DNA from: Eledone cirrhosa
Lineage: Eukaryota
Direction of reading: 5' to 3'
NCBI GenBank assembly: GCA_964016885.1
Contig: OZ024742.1
Coordinates: forward strand, 191,766,001-191,830,000
Length of the DNA: 64,000 nt
Shown here: piece by piece, positions 42,746 to 53,949 of the stretch
Layout of the letters: each line of letters starts with the position of its first letter
Position numbering within the stretch: position 1 is the stretch's first letter
Made by a program: the position numbers and the translations under genes
Notes under the pieces: generated by a model
What the model saw: the letters and a program-made list of their open reading frames with translations, nothing else
Told to the model about the DNA's origin: nothing
Databases searched by the model: none

Positions 42746-44056
42746 TTATTTTGTTTGCCTGTATCTGTGTGCTGTGTCTAAAAAATGGTTGGGGTAGAGG
42801 GGTTGTCTGCTGATGTTAAGTGGTCTCCTGTGCTTGTTATATTCCTTGTTGTTGTAAAATGTGGTTCGGGTTGGTGGTTGTAGATTGAATGGGGTGTTCC
42901 TGTACTGCGAGTATGGGTGTGTGTTTCTATGTGCCATGTTGTATTGTGGTGTTATAAGTGGCCTACGTTGTTGGTTGTATCGTGTGGTGTGGGTTTGTTG
43001 TGTATTGTGGAAGTGAGAGTTGAGAAAATGGTAATTACCTTGCTGTCCCCTTGAGGCGGGGAAGTTGTTGCATCTATCATGGCGGTGGTATCTTTTCCCT
43101 ATGTTTGACGATGAGGAATCCGCGTAGTAGTTGAGTGATTTGGTATGGTGTCTCCTTGAAGGGGGAAAGTTGTAAATGTCATTCTGGGGGAGATGATTTC
43201 TTGGGTTTTTGTTCCTTCTTATGGTAGCGAGGTTGGGAAGTTCATCTTCGGTGTGGTGCTTCCTTCTTCGTTTGTTTGAGGCTTGGGGGTTTGAGAAGTT
43301 GTTGTGCGGTTCAGTTATGGGTTTTCCTATTTTTATGAACGGGTTATTGGAGGTGTAATCCGTTTGAAAAGTCGATTCATAGTGTAGGAACCAAGCGGCA
43401 CTTTTTTCCCAGTGTTGAAGGGATTTCAGTTCTTCTCTGTTGCAGTCCCCTTTCCATAATTTGGAGATCTTCTCTACCTTGGGGCCTTCAGTTTTGTTGT
43501 TGATTTCCAGGAGGATCTCTTCATCGATGGTTTTGATTTTTTCCTCATTTGTCTGGGCCCTCAGTTTAAGAAGTTCAATTTCTGTCTTTATTTTTTCAAA
43601 TGCCATTCTTTCCCTAAGGTGTCTTTGAGGTTCGGGTTCATTTGGAATGGACTTTATTTGTAGTTTACGGGGGAGAGTTAGAGGGGTTGAGTTAAGCCAT
43701 TTTTCATATATCTCTGCTTTGTTGTGATTTTGTATCATCTTCCAGAATGAGAACTTTCTGTCTCTGAGGGATTTGTTCCATTTTGGAATTGTTCGAATTT
43801 TCATTTTGTGTGAATCAATCTCACATGGTTCTTCGTTGGTTTTTCCTGGGTTGGTAGTAGTGAACATAGTTTGGATAGTATCGCAAAGGTTTTGGAGTTT
43901 GTCGCCGATTTCGGAGGGTTTGTATCCGGTGGCGGTTTCCTTATTTGTGGAGTCAAGTTTGTCGACCAGCAAAGATAGGTTGGTGTTGATTTTCTTGAGT
44001 TCCTGTAGGATCTCTTCATTTGAGTTGATGAGGGTTGTATCCGTTTTTGTTGGCAT
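42746..44056 (-). CDS. PLE ORF1, coiled-coil plus basic/low-complexity protein (~436 aa from first ATG)
   Basis: Uninterrupted 1.3-kb ORF between pLTR and RT ORF. Heptad-like segments, NKRRRKH, and an N/H/R/Q/Y/P-rich C-terminal half. Overlaps the RT frame by ~70 nt. Confidence 0.8.
   Translation of the reverse strand: MPTKTDTTLINSNEEILQELKKINTNLSLLVDKLDSTNKETATGYKPSEIGDKLQNLCDTIQTMFTTTNPGKTNEEPCEIDSHKMKIRTIPKWNKSLRDRKFSFWKMIQNHNKAEIYEKWLNSTPLTLPRKLQIKSIPNEPEPQRHLRERMAFEKIKTEIELLKLRAQTNEEKIKTIDEEILLEINNKTEGPKVEKISKLWKGDCNREELKSLQHWEKSAAWFLHYESTFQTDYTSNNPFIKIGKPITEPHNNFSNPQASNKRRRKHHTEDELPNLATIRRNKNPRNHLPQNDIYNFPPSRRHHTKSLNYYADSSSSNIGKRYHRHDRCNNFPASRGQQGNYHFLNSHFHNTQQTHTTRYNQQRRPLITPQYNMAHRNTHPYSQYRNTPFNLQPPTRTTFYNNKEYNKHRRPLNISRQPLYPNHFLDTAHRYRQTK
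42779..42785 (-). promoter_or_regulatory. Candidate -1 ribosomal frameshift slippery heptamer U_UUU_UUA
   Basis: ORF1 frame is CAT TTT TTA GAC; the -1 frame TTT TTT AGA CAC is continuous with the RT ORF. Confidence 0.6.
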
Positions 44057-44603
44057 TTTCTGTATCTCGTGTGAGGATATGATAGTTAAAAGAATAGAGG
44101 TGTAACACACAAGTTATTATATATTGGTAAACGGAATAGAAAATGCTGACAAATTGTTCACAGTTGAAAAATGGTTTAATTAGGAATAAAAGAGTATTAG
44201 TGATTGTATGGGTTAGTATTCAGTTGTGGTTTTAAGTTTTTAAGTTTTTACCGGTTGCGCATTTCTAAATGCTTTTCAAAAATAATTTTGAGATAGAGTG
44301 TCCGTGCTGTTTGCTCTGATCTGATTAGTTTTGGGAATTCTACCTGTTTTTATGTTAAAAAAATGGCTCCAGCGTTATTTTTGTGTTGTAAAAATGCTTG
44401 TGGTCAAAACAATTTTGATTGGTCGGTAGAGGTCATGTGAATGTAAAAAGTTGATTTTGCGCCAAGACTGTTTTTATGTTAAAATGTTAGAAAAGTGGCT
44501 CCAGCAAAGATTATGGTCAAAACAATTTTGATTGGTCGGTAGAGGTCATGTGGATAAAAAATTGGTTTTGCGCCAAGATTGAGAAATGACTCTTTCACAA
44601 CAA

Positions 44604-44641
<38 letters not shown>

Positions 44642-44864
44642 GTAGTAGTAAGGTGTTCGATGCTGCGACAATAGCCACCAGCGATGTGTGTCAAATGGCT
44701 ATTAAGATAAGTGTGTGTGTGTGTGTGTGTGTGTGTGCGTACATACACACAGCAGAGTCATTCGAAGGTCAAAAGATATTTTTCAGCTTTTGTCTTATAC
44801 GGAGAAGTGCGTGTGTGTGTGTGTGTGTGTGTGTATAAGTCTCTTTGTATGTTGATGTACGCGT

Positions 44865-44900
<36 letters not shown>

Positions 44901-45027
44901 GTGGGTGGACCAGTATTTTTTTCCCCCCTGGTAAAATGGTGTACATTATTCGATTTTTTCAGTAAAATCGGTTCTCTTAATAGAACATCAACAATCTTAA
45001 CAATAAAAGGTGTGAAATGATATTCAC

Positions 45028-45078
<51 letters not shown>

Positions 45079-45256
45079 TTTCACTACATATATATATATA
45101 TATATATACATATATACATACATATATATGCACATATATTTTTTTGTATTGCACCATAGAGCATGTGTGTTTACGTGTGTCATTGTGTTTATATGTGGGT
45201 AGAGATGTGTGCTGATGTAGGTATGTATGTTGACGTGTGTATGTTGTGGGTTCGTC

Positions 45257-47404
45257 TTAGGGAGAAGTGTTTATACGGGGTCCGTATTTGTTAATGAAGT
45301 AAGATTCCTTGCTGATGCGCTGGGTGTGGGTGGCATTATCTTTAAATTTGTAGAGGGGAAAGATTCTGAAGTTGGGATGATTTTGGGCGGCGCAGGTATC
45401 AATGTGTTCACTCAGTGGTATTTTCCTGTATTCCCGTATTTTAATTTGGGATCTATGGACAGTCATGCGTTGGCGGAGGCTGTTTTTGGTCTGGCCTATG
45501 TATTGTTCTCGACAACCTGAACAAGTTAATACATATATTAAATTTTCCGATGCACATGTGAAATTGTGTTTTACTATAAAACGTTGTCCATCTTTGAAAT
45601 AGAATTCCGAACCCTCTATTAGGTTGATGCAAATGCCACAGTTGGGTCTATCGCATTTTTTTACTTTGGGTTTCGTTGTTGTGGTTGGCAGTACTTTGGC
45701 ATGTGTTAAGATGTTTTCCATTGACTTGGATTGTCTTTTGCTCTTTATGATATCGTGTGTTCGTAGAATTTGGTTCATTCTATGGTCCTTTTTCAATACA
45801 GGGATGTTCTGGAGGATGGTGTCAAAGGCCTCGTTGTTGAGGGGGTTGTGTGTGGAGATGTATGGAAGAGCTTTTAGTTTTGGTTGATTTACTTTAGGGT
45901 GTCTAAGGTCCTGGGTACTGAGTTTTAGGGCACGTTGGATTCCATTGTCAATTAGTGATGCAGGGTAGTCCCTGCCTATGAGTGTGTCCTTTAGTTCTTG
46001 TAGCCGTAAGTAGCAGATGTTTTTATTGGAGACTATAGTACAGATTCTCTTGGCTAAGTTGTAGGGAATATTAATTTTAACGTGTCTAGGGTGGCAAGAG
46101 TTGAAGGGGAGGTATTGCTTGGAGTCTGTGGGCTTGTAGTATATGTCTGTTTCTATTTTTTTGTTATGGATCTTAATGAGGATGTCGAGGAAGGGGAGTT
46201 GTTGATGGCTGTATTCCATCGTGAAGTTAATATTTGTGTTGAGCCCATTTATAAGGGTGTGAAATTCTTTAAGTTTTTCGATGTTTTCGTGCCAAAGGAT
46301 GAAGCAGTCATCAAGATATCGCTTCCAGTTCCTTTCAATGTGTAAGTGGAGGGTGTTTCCAAATTTGTTTAGGACTTTAGTGTAGAGGGTGATTTCCAGG
46401 TATCCCATGACTAGGTTGGCATACGTAGGGGCTGTTTTCGTTCCCATAGCGGTCCCAGATTTCTGCCTGTAGGGTTTGTTATTGAAAACGAAGTAATTGT
46501 TCTCCAAGATAAATTTGAGTCCCTCTATCACGAATTCTTTTTTGATGCGTTGTGGGAGTTCATTGTGGAAGTTATCCAGCCAGAATTGGATAGCTTCTAT
46601 TCCTAGGTTGTGGGGGATGTTGGAGTATAGGTTGACTACATCGAACGTCACTAGTAGGGTTTGTTCAGAAAGTGGCATATTAGGGAGGTGATTGAGCATA
46701 TCTAGGTCGTCCCTTATATAGCTTTTGATGTGCTTGAGGAAGGGTTTGAGAAGGGTATCAATGAAGTTGCTAAGACGGTGCGTTTCGCAAGCGGGGCCTG
46801 CTATTATAGGTCTTAATTTGAGATCATTGGGTGAGGGGACATTGATGACTATGTCTGTGGCTTCCTTGCATGCCTTACTGATTGATTCGCTTTTATGTAC
46901 TTTAGGGATACCGTAGAAAAGACTGGATTTACTTGTGAAGTCTGTGATGAAGCTGAATTCCTTGTTAGTGAGTCCTTCTTTGTATTGGTTGATTAGAGTT
47001 TTTAGGTTTCTCATAATTTTCTGTTGATTGTAGTGTTCAGCCTTTTCGTAGTATGTTTCGTTTTCCAAAGTGGAGAGCGCTAAGTTGATATAGAATTCTG
47101 TCTCCATTAGGACTACTGTACTCCCTTTATCAGCCTCTTTAATTGTAATGGTTCTGTCGGTTTTTAATCTATTTAATTCTTCCCATTCTTTCTTGTTGAG
47201 GTTTGGCTTGTGTTTTTGTCTGTGCAAGTGTTGGTAAGGGAAGTTTGTGATGTGTTCACAGAATTCGTCCAGGATTTTATTTCTACCTTTTGAAGGGGTG
47301 TAATTGCTTCTATTTCTGGCTAATGATTCATCCTCATTGTACTGGTCGAATAGTTGTTCACTAAGTCGTAACTTTCTACAGAAGTCTGTGATGTCTTCCT
47401 TCAT
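45257..47404 (-). CDS. Second copy of PLE RT/GIY-YIG ORF (5'-truncated at ~47498, lacks ORF1)
   Basis: Protein identical to 40461-42608 except YNKDES/YNEDES. Confidence 0.9.
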   Translation of the reverse strand: MKEDITDFCRKLRLSEQLFDQYNEDESLARNRSNYTPSKGRNKILDEFCEHITNFPYQHLHRQKHKPNLNKKEWEELNRLKTDRTITIKEADKGSTVVLMETEFYINLALSTLENETYYEKAEHYNQQKIMRNLKTLINQYKEGLTNKEFSFITDFTSKSSLFYGIPKVHKSESISKACKEATDIVINVPSPNDLKLRPIIAGPACETHRLSNFIDTLLKPFLKHIKSYIRDDLDMLNHLPNMPLSEQTLLVTFDVVNLYSNIPHNLGIEAIQFWLDNFHNELPQRIKKEFVIEGLKFILENNYFVFNNKPYRQKSGTAMGTKTAPTYANLVMGYLEITLYTKVLNKFGNTLHLHIERNWKRYLDDCFILWHENIEKLKEFHTLINGLNTNINFTMEYSHQQLPFLDILIKIHNKKIETDIYYKPTDSKQYLPFNSCHPRHVKINIPYNLAKRICTIVSNKNICYLRLQELKDTLIGRDYPASLIDNGIQRALKLSTQDLRHPKVNQPKLKALPYISTHNPLNNEAFDTILQNIPVLKKDHRMNQILRTHDIIKSKRQSKSMENILTHAKVLPTTTTKPKVKKCDRPNCGICINLIEGSEFYFKDGQRFIVKHNFTCASENLIYVLTCSGCREQYIGQTKNSLRQRMTVHRSQIKIREYRKIPLSEHIDTCAAQNHPNFRIFPLYKFKDNATHTQRISKESYFINKYGPRINTSP

Positions 47405-47897
47405 TTCATAGTAGTTAGGACGTAGTGGGGTCGGTGTGAATTTAAGACCTTTGGAGAGTAAGTTGATAAGGTTGGGTGTTGGTTCTGCACTAGTAAGAAC
47501 GTATATATATATATAGTGAATATCATTTCACACCTTTTATTGTTAAGATTGTTGATGTTCTATTAAGAGAACCGATTTTACTGAAAAAATCGAATAATGT
47601 ACACCATTTTACCAGGGGGGAAAAAAATACTGGTCCACCCACACACGCACACACACACACACACACATACACACGCGTACATCAACATACAAAGAGACTT
47701 ATACACACACACACACACACACACACGCACTTCTCCGTATAAGACAAAAGCTGAAAAATATCTTTTGACCTTCGAATGACTCTGCTGTGTGTATGTACGC
47801 ACACACACACACACACACACACACACTTATCTTAATAGCCATTTGACACACATCGCTGGTGGCTATTGTCGCAGCATCGAACACCTTACTACTACTA

Positions 47898-47947
<50 letters not shown>

Positions 47948-48462
47948 TTGTTGTGAAAGAGTCATTTCTCAATCTTGGCGCAAAACCAATTTTTTATCCA
48001 CATGACCTCTACCGACCAATCAAAATTGTTTTGACCATAATCTTTGCTGGAGCCACTTTTCTAACATTTTAACATAAAAACAGTCTTGGCGCAAAATCAA
48101 CTTTTTACATTCACATGACCTCTACCGACCAATCAAAATTGTTTTGACCACAAGCATTTTTACAACACAAAAATAACGCTGGAGCCATTTTTTTAACATA
48201 AAAACAGGTAGAATTCCCAAAACTAATCAGATCAGAGCAAACAGCACGGACACTCTATCTCAAAATTATTTTTGAAAAGCATTTAGAAATGCGCAACCGG
48301 TAAAAACTTAAAAACTTAAAACCACAACTGAATACTAACCCATACAATCACTAATACTCTTTTATTCCTAATTAAACCATTTTTCAACTGTGAACAATTT
48401 GTCAGCATTTTCTATTCCGTTTACCAATATATAATAACTTGTGTGTTACACCTCTATTCTTT

Positions 48463-48526
<64 letters not shown>

Positions 48527-48529
<3 letters not shown>

Positions 48530-48660
48530 TAAAATAACAGATTAAAGTTTAAGCAAAGAATCGCTGCTTTCACCCTTAACTAAATAACACCTAAATATAT
48601 TTGATATATATTTTCCTTATCGAGCCCTCTTTGGATTTTAGTCTTCAATTTTATTAATAT

Positions 48661-48666
<6 letters not shown>
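48527..48666. mobile_element. Inverted Hydra-like pLTR fragments in (TA)n
   Basis: Matches 61950-62097 in two orientations. Similar pieces at 15026-15172, 23018-23180, 51375-51483 and 58355-58575. Confidence 0.75.
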
Positions 48667-48706
<40 letters not shown>

Positions 48707-49237
48707 TCATCATCATCATCCATTATAGATTATGCATGACACAGTTAGAGTTAGTCCCTAAGAACGGGTAGGTCTTGCCTAACAACGCTCTCTAGCGTCC
48801 TGCTCTATGTGTTCCTGTCCGCCAGTCTCGATATATATATATATATATATAAAGAAATGACTAATTTGTTCCTTTAAAAAGGGTCGAACAGTATGAAGCA
48901 TGACAATTTTTACGAGTCACATATTTTAACTCGATTTTTCACGCTGAATTCCTTCTTGAACTCTTTAATACAGTTGTCTCCAAACTTTTGTATACCACTG
49001 ACCGGCTTCAGGCCGGACAATCTTTCCGCGGACCGGTAGTTGCACATATGTGTTATTTAAGTGCATTTCGATAAAGAGGGTAATAATAAAAAGAGCAATT
49101 TATTAAAGTTTGATCTCCAGTCTTTTCTCTTAATAGTCTTTTAAATATGTGCGTGTGTAGGACTCTTTGTGTATGTATGTGTATTTGTGCGGTATATATA
49201 ACAACAAGATATAATGTTACCATCTTGCGAGGTAACA

Positions 49238-49418
49238 TTTGGCAGTATCGGTAGAGGGTTGGACGCTATGCTTTCTAGCATAGTTACGTCCCTTTACAGT
49301 CTGAGTTCAAATCCCGCCGAGGTTAACTTTGCCTTTCATCCTTTCGGGGTCTATAAAATAAAGTACCAGTAATGTACTGAGTATTTGCTGGCCTTGTGCC
49401 TAAAGTAGAAACAATTAT
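49238..49418 (+). mobile_element. tRNA-derived SINE (Meta-like domain)
   Basis: Near-identical to 52644-52830 and 1575-1760. Confidence 0.8.
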
Positions 49419-50832
49419 ATCTTGTTGTTATATATACAGTGGGTTTCCCACATATTTAACCATTGTTCTCGATGTCTTTACTCTGTTTCTCTTTGTCTCT
49501 TACTCTCCCAACATTTGCTAACATAATAAAGAAGACGTCCTAGTAGTTATTAAAAACTGTACGTTAAAATGTGGTGCGGTAAATAAATATATACATATAC
49601 ACCAGGTCGGAACACAATGGAACCGACTCCCACCGACACAGCCTCCTTCCCTCCCGTTCTGGCCATCTCTCCCTACGACGCGTTTTGTTTTTTATCACGC
49701 ACCGTTTCTAAAAGTACCATCTTCACCAAGCGAACATGGTAGGATTGTTCATTTAGTCGCCGACGGCCCAACCAGGGGATCAATTGTACTAGTAGCGCTC
49801 AAGAGCGACTTGACATCATTGCTCATATCAGAGAATCTAAATATATGATATTTCAATCATGGCCGCCTGTCTCTACAGGTCTGAACACGACTGATTTCTT
49901 CCAAAGACATTGATGGAGAGACTGTAAGAAATATATAAAACGATTCTACCGCAATGCTGGAATAGTACATTATTTACCAGATTTGAAAGGGTGAAAGGCA
50001 AATTTGACTTCGATGGTTTTTGAAGTCAGATAAGAGAGAGCAGGAACAAATAACACGAAGCAATTTACGCCACGTTCTAAAGATTCTGCCAAATCATAGT
50101 ATACTATATATGATATAGAGATTACCTGCTATTTGAATCAGTAACGACTTGTTGCAATGTTTCTATTGAAGAGAGTCCGGTGAGTTGGCAGAGATGTTTG
50201 AAGGTTCTCAGAGCAATTCTTCCCGTGTCAATGAAATAAATTACCAGTAATGTAATGAGGTACGATTTAATCGATTTCCCATCCGCTAAATAGTTGGCCT
50301 TGTGAGTATGTTAAAGTCAATTACTATAGAAGAACATTTTCTATATTCTATCGCAATAACTTCACCCGTTTCACTCTTGGCCTTATCGGTGGAACGTCGG
50401 GCAACATGCTTTAGTGGCATAGAGTCACGGCTCTTTATGAACTTCATTCAAATCCTGTCGAGGTTATCTTTTCCTTTCAACCTTAACAAGGTCAATAAAA
50501 TAAAATACCAGTAATGCACTGCGGTCGATGTAATCGACTTTCCCCTTCCCCCAAATTGCTGGTCAGAAACAATTATTTTGTGGTTCGTATAATAAGCACG
50601 ACACTTAATATCGTTTGCCCGGGATAAGTAATTCTTAATGCATAATCCATAATATATAATTTATTTTCGTAATATACGTTACGGCATCAGGCAGCAGGAT
50701 CAGACATTCAATTGTCGAAGATCGACATTGACAGCACGACCAATGGAATTACATGTCTCGCCAATGCATTATATCTTCCTATGCCAGAATATATCTATTC
50801 CTGGTGATAATACGCACGTATGGACGTATGCG

Positions 50833-50857
<25 letters not shown>

Positions 50858-50864
<7 letters not shown>

Positions 50865-51233
50865 TAAAAGGAATTCCAACTTTGATTTACTCGTTTAATT
50901 TACAATCCTTTAAAATGTATAATGGTATTAGAATGAAATAGTATGGTAGAATATTAAATGTTAAGTGTTAATTGAACAATTACTTTCATGCTTTCGCAAT
51001 CTTCAGGGTCATATTCGATGGTGACAGTCAAGTTTGCAATTTTCAACTGAACTGAACTTGACTGTCACCACCGAATATGGCCCTAAAGATTGCGAAAGCA
51101 TGAAAGTAATTGTTCAATTAACACTTAACATTTAATATTCTACCATACTATTTCATTCTAATACCATTATACATTTTAAAGGATTGTAAATAAATCGAGT
51201 AAATCAGACAAAGTGGGAATTCGTTTTATTAAT
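50858..51233. mobile_element. Fold-back with hammerhead-like motif
   Basis: ~175-bp inverted arms. One arm reads CC CUGAAGA UUGC GAAA GCAU GAAA GUAAUUG. (TA)n flank. Confidence 0.65.
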
Positions 51234-51274
51234 ATAATCTTCTATACACAATCATACACACCCGTGTATATTTA

Positions 51275-51325
<51 letters not shown>

Positions 51326-51340
51326 GTATCTCTCTCTCTA

Positions 51341-51380
<40 letters not shown>

Positions 51381-51478
51381 TAAAATAACAGATTATTTGC
51401 TCTACGGTTCTTATATATTTGATATATATTTTCCTTATCGAGCCCACTTTGGATTTTAGTCTTCAATTTTATTATTAT

Positions 51479-51536
<58 letters not shown>

Positions 51537-51700
51537 GCAATAAGCGAAATATATATCATCGTTATATCATCTCTATTTATTTCATTATATATATTTCGAA
51601 GATGCAAAGTTTTATGTATAACATAAGCCAGAATATATCCTCTTCACACAAAATACATATGAGATGTATAATTTGTCATGATATGCTGGTAGCCAACGAG

Positions 51701-51871
<171 letters not shown>

Positions 51872-51984
51872 TACATATATCTATACACTTACAAGCAAGT
51901 AGGACCGTGAAACCAACAAATCCGAACACAGTGACACGCGGAAAAAACGCAAAACAATCATCGAATGCCCTATACACAAATAAC

Positions 51985-52165
51985 TGTTTCTAATTTTGGC
52001 ACGAGGCCAGCAAATTACCCAGTACATTACTGGTACTTTATTTCATCGACCTCATAAGGATGAAAGGCAAAGTTAACCTCGGCGGGATTTGAACTGAGAC
52101 CATAAAGGGAGGTAACTCTTTGCTGCAAAGCGTGGCGTCCGACCCTCTATCGATACTGCCAATCA
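51985..52165 (-). mobile_element. tRNA-derived SINE (Meta-like domain)
   Basis: Reverse complement of the SINE consensus seen at 52644. Confidence 0.75.
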
Positions 52166-52432
52166 CACTCAGAAAACAAAGCCAGCAATAAACAAAATAC
52201 CTTGTGGACAAGACCACCGGATTCCAAACCCGTAAAAACAAAGCCAATTATGAACTAAATGCCTATATTAGAACTAAGAAATCCCCATAATATCTACCTC
52301 AGACATCATCGATGTCTGAGGTAAATATCACTATGTGGACGACCGATTTTTCAAGCTGCAGCCGTCAAATTACGCAGTTTCTGTACAATAATAGATATAA
52401 ACCAATATCCGTTATTACCTGTATACTGGGCG

Positions 52433-52830
52433 GTGGATTGATAGTATCGGTAGAGCGTCGGCACCATACTTCGCAGCATAGTTACAGCCTTTTACGCTCT
52501 GATTCCATATCCCGCTGAGTTTAGCTTTGTATTTCATTCTTACTGGTTCAATAAAGTAAAGTACCAGTAACACAGGGGGATCGATTTAATCAACTTTCCT
52601 CTTCCCCGCCAAATTGTTGACGTTGTGCCTATATAAGAAACCAGTGGATTGGCAGTATCGGTAGAGGGTCGGACGCCATGCTTTCCAGCATAGTTACGTC
52701 CCTTTACGATCTGAGTTCAAATCCCGCCGAGGTTGACTTTGCCTTTCATCCTTACGGGGTCGATAAAATAAAGTACCAGTAATGCACTGGGTAATTGCTG
52801 GCCTTGTGCCTAAAGTAGAAACAATTATTA
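52433..52830 (+). mobile_element. Two head-to-tail SINE copies (older 52433-52642, younger 52644-52830)
   Basis: Both begin gtggattg.agtatcggtagag and end ...agaaac. Confidence 0.8.
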
Positions 52831-52959
52831 CCTGTATATATATGTGCGTGCTTTATATAGTATTTTCTTTAAATATTTACATGTGCTTCAAAGTGCTACA
52901 TCTAAATAATCTGAGCAAATTCAAGAACTCATTTTATGCACATCAACATCTATAGCAGA

Positions 52960-53200
52960 TCTCTTCTTCTTGTGCCGCCAGTTGCAGACTGTTCATCAAC
53001 ATGAGATATTTTTATCCACCAGCAGCAGAGTTTAAAGAGTAAAGATCAAGTCCAGTCCATAAGTTGACATTATCAAGCCATCGTTTTGGCTGCCGGCTTC
53101 TGCTTCTATTACTAGCCAACCTTCTTTCCAGGCATAACCCACTCACACCACGAGTTGATCTTTTTATATGTCAATTGATGTAATTGGTCTAGGTCTAAGT
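52960..53200 (-). mobile_element. RTE-like LINE 3' fragment
   Basis: Minus frame SRSRQPKRWLDNVNLWTGLDL ending in gaagaag. Confidence 0.45.
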
Positions 53201-53949
53201 TTAGTAGTGTTGAGCAGCTCATGGATACAGATACGGTCAATTGGACGACAAGGTCATTTCAGAAGCTCTCTACATTACAGAACCACATCATGAGACTTAT
53301 GACTAGCAAGCGGCTCAGCGATCGTATCTATAGCAGATATTTAAATGCAAAACCTATATAAGCTATAGCTTGTTCTTATCTTAGTGCTGACTGAGTAAAC
53401 TACTGAAACGCAATTGTCTGGCGTTTCCCACACACTTACTAATACAGAGATGATATGATGATCAAAGATTTAAATATACATAGCGAGACTATGTTTATTA
53501 TACAAACATATATTATATATACTTTTATTGACGCATCTCTCTTGAATTTTGCACTGTTAGTGCTGCTACTTATTAATATCATATAAGTCAAACATGCGCT
53601 GTATGTAAATCAATTCCTGTGGCAGACGTTTTATGCAGTAAACTTGTATAACTTGTAGCTTATTCTTATTTCAGAACCGAGTAATTAAACAGGTGAATAA
53701 ATTATCCTGAAACATTAGAGCCTGGCGTTTTTACACGACTGATATAACAGTGAGATAATGAAAACTTTAAACATTCATAGCGAAATTATATCTGTCTATT
53801 GTGCATACGCATATCATACATGCCTTCTTATCCATCCCTACAAGCATATCTATCTATGTGTCAATCTATCTATCTATATTAAATCGATTTGTTGATATCA
53901 ACACAAAGGCCAAACATGTATTATCGATTTCGCTTCCTATACAACTGCT

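Larger units (their letters stand above)
39432..48469 (-). mobile_element. Young Neptune-type Penelope-like element: full copy, 5'-truncated tandem copy and inverted pLTR
   Basis: From high to low coordinate: inverted pLTR 47502-48469, truncated RT copy 47498-45257, 3'UTR/pLTR 45256-44083, ORF1, RT-EN ORF, 3'UTR/pLTR 40460-39432. Both outer ends lie in (TA)n. Confidence 0.95.

Noticed and set aside
40431-44105. Short + strand ORFs antisense to the PLE ORFs
   Set aside because: Shadow ORFs of the coding minus strand with no independent features.
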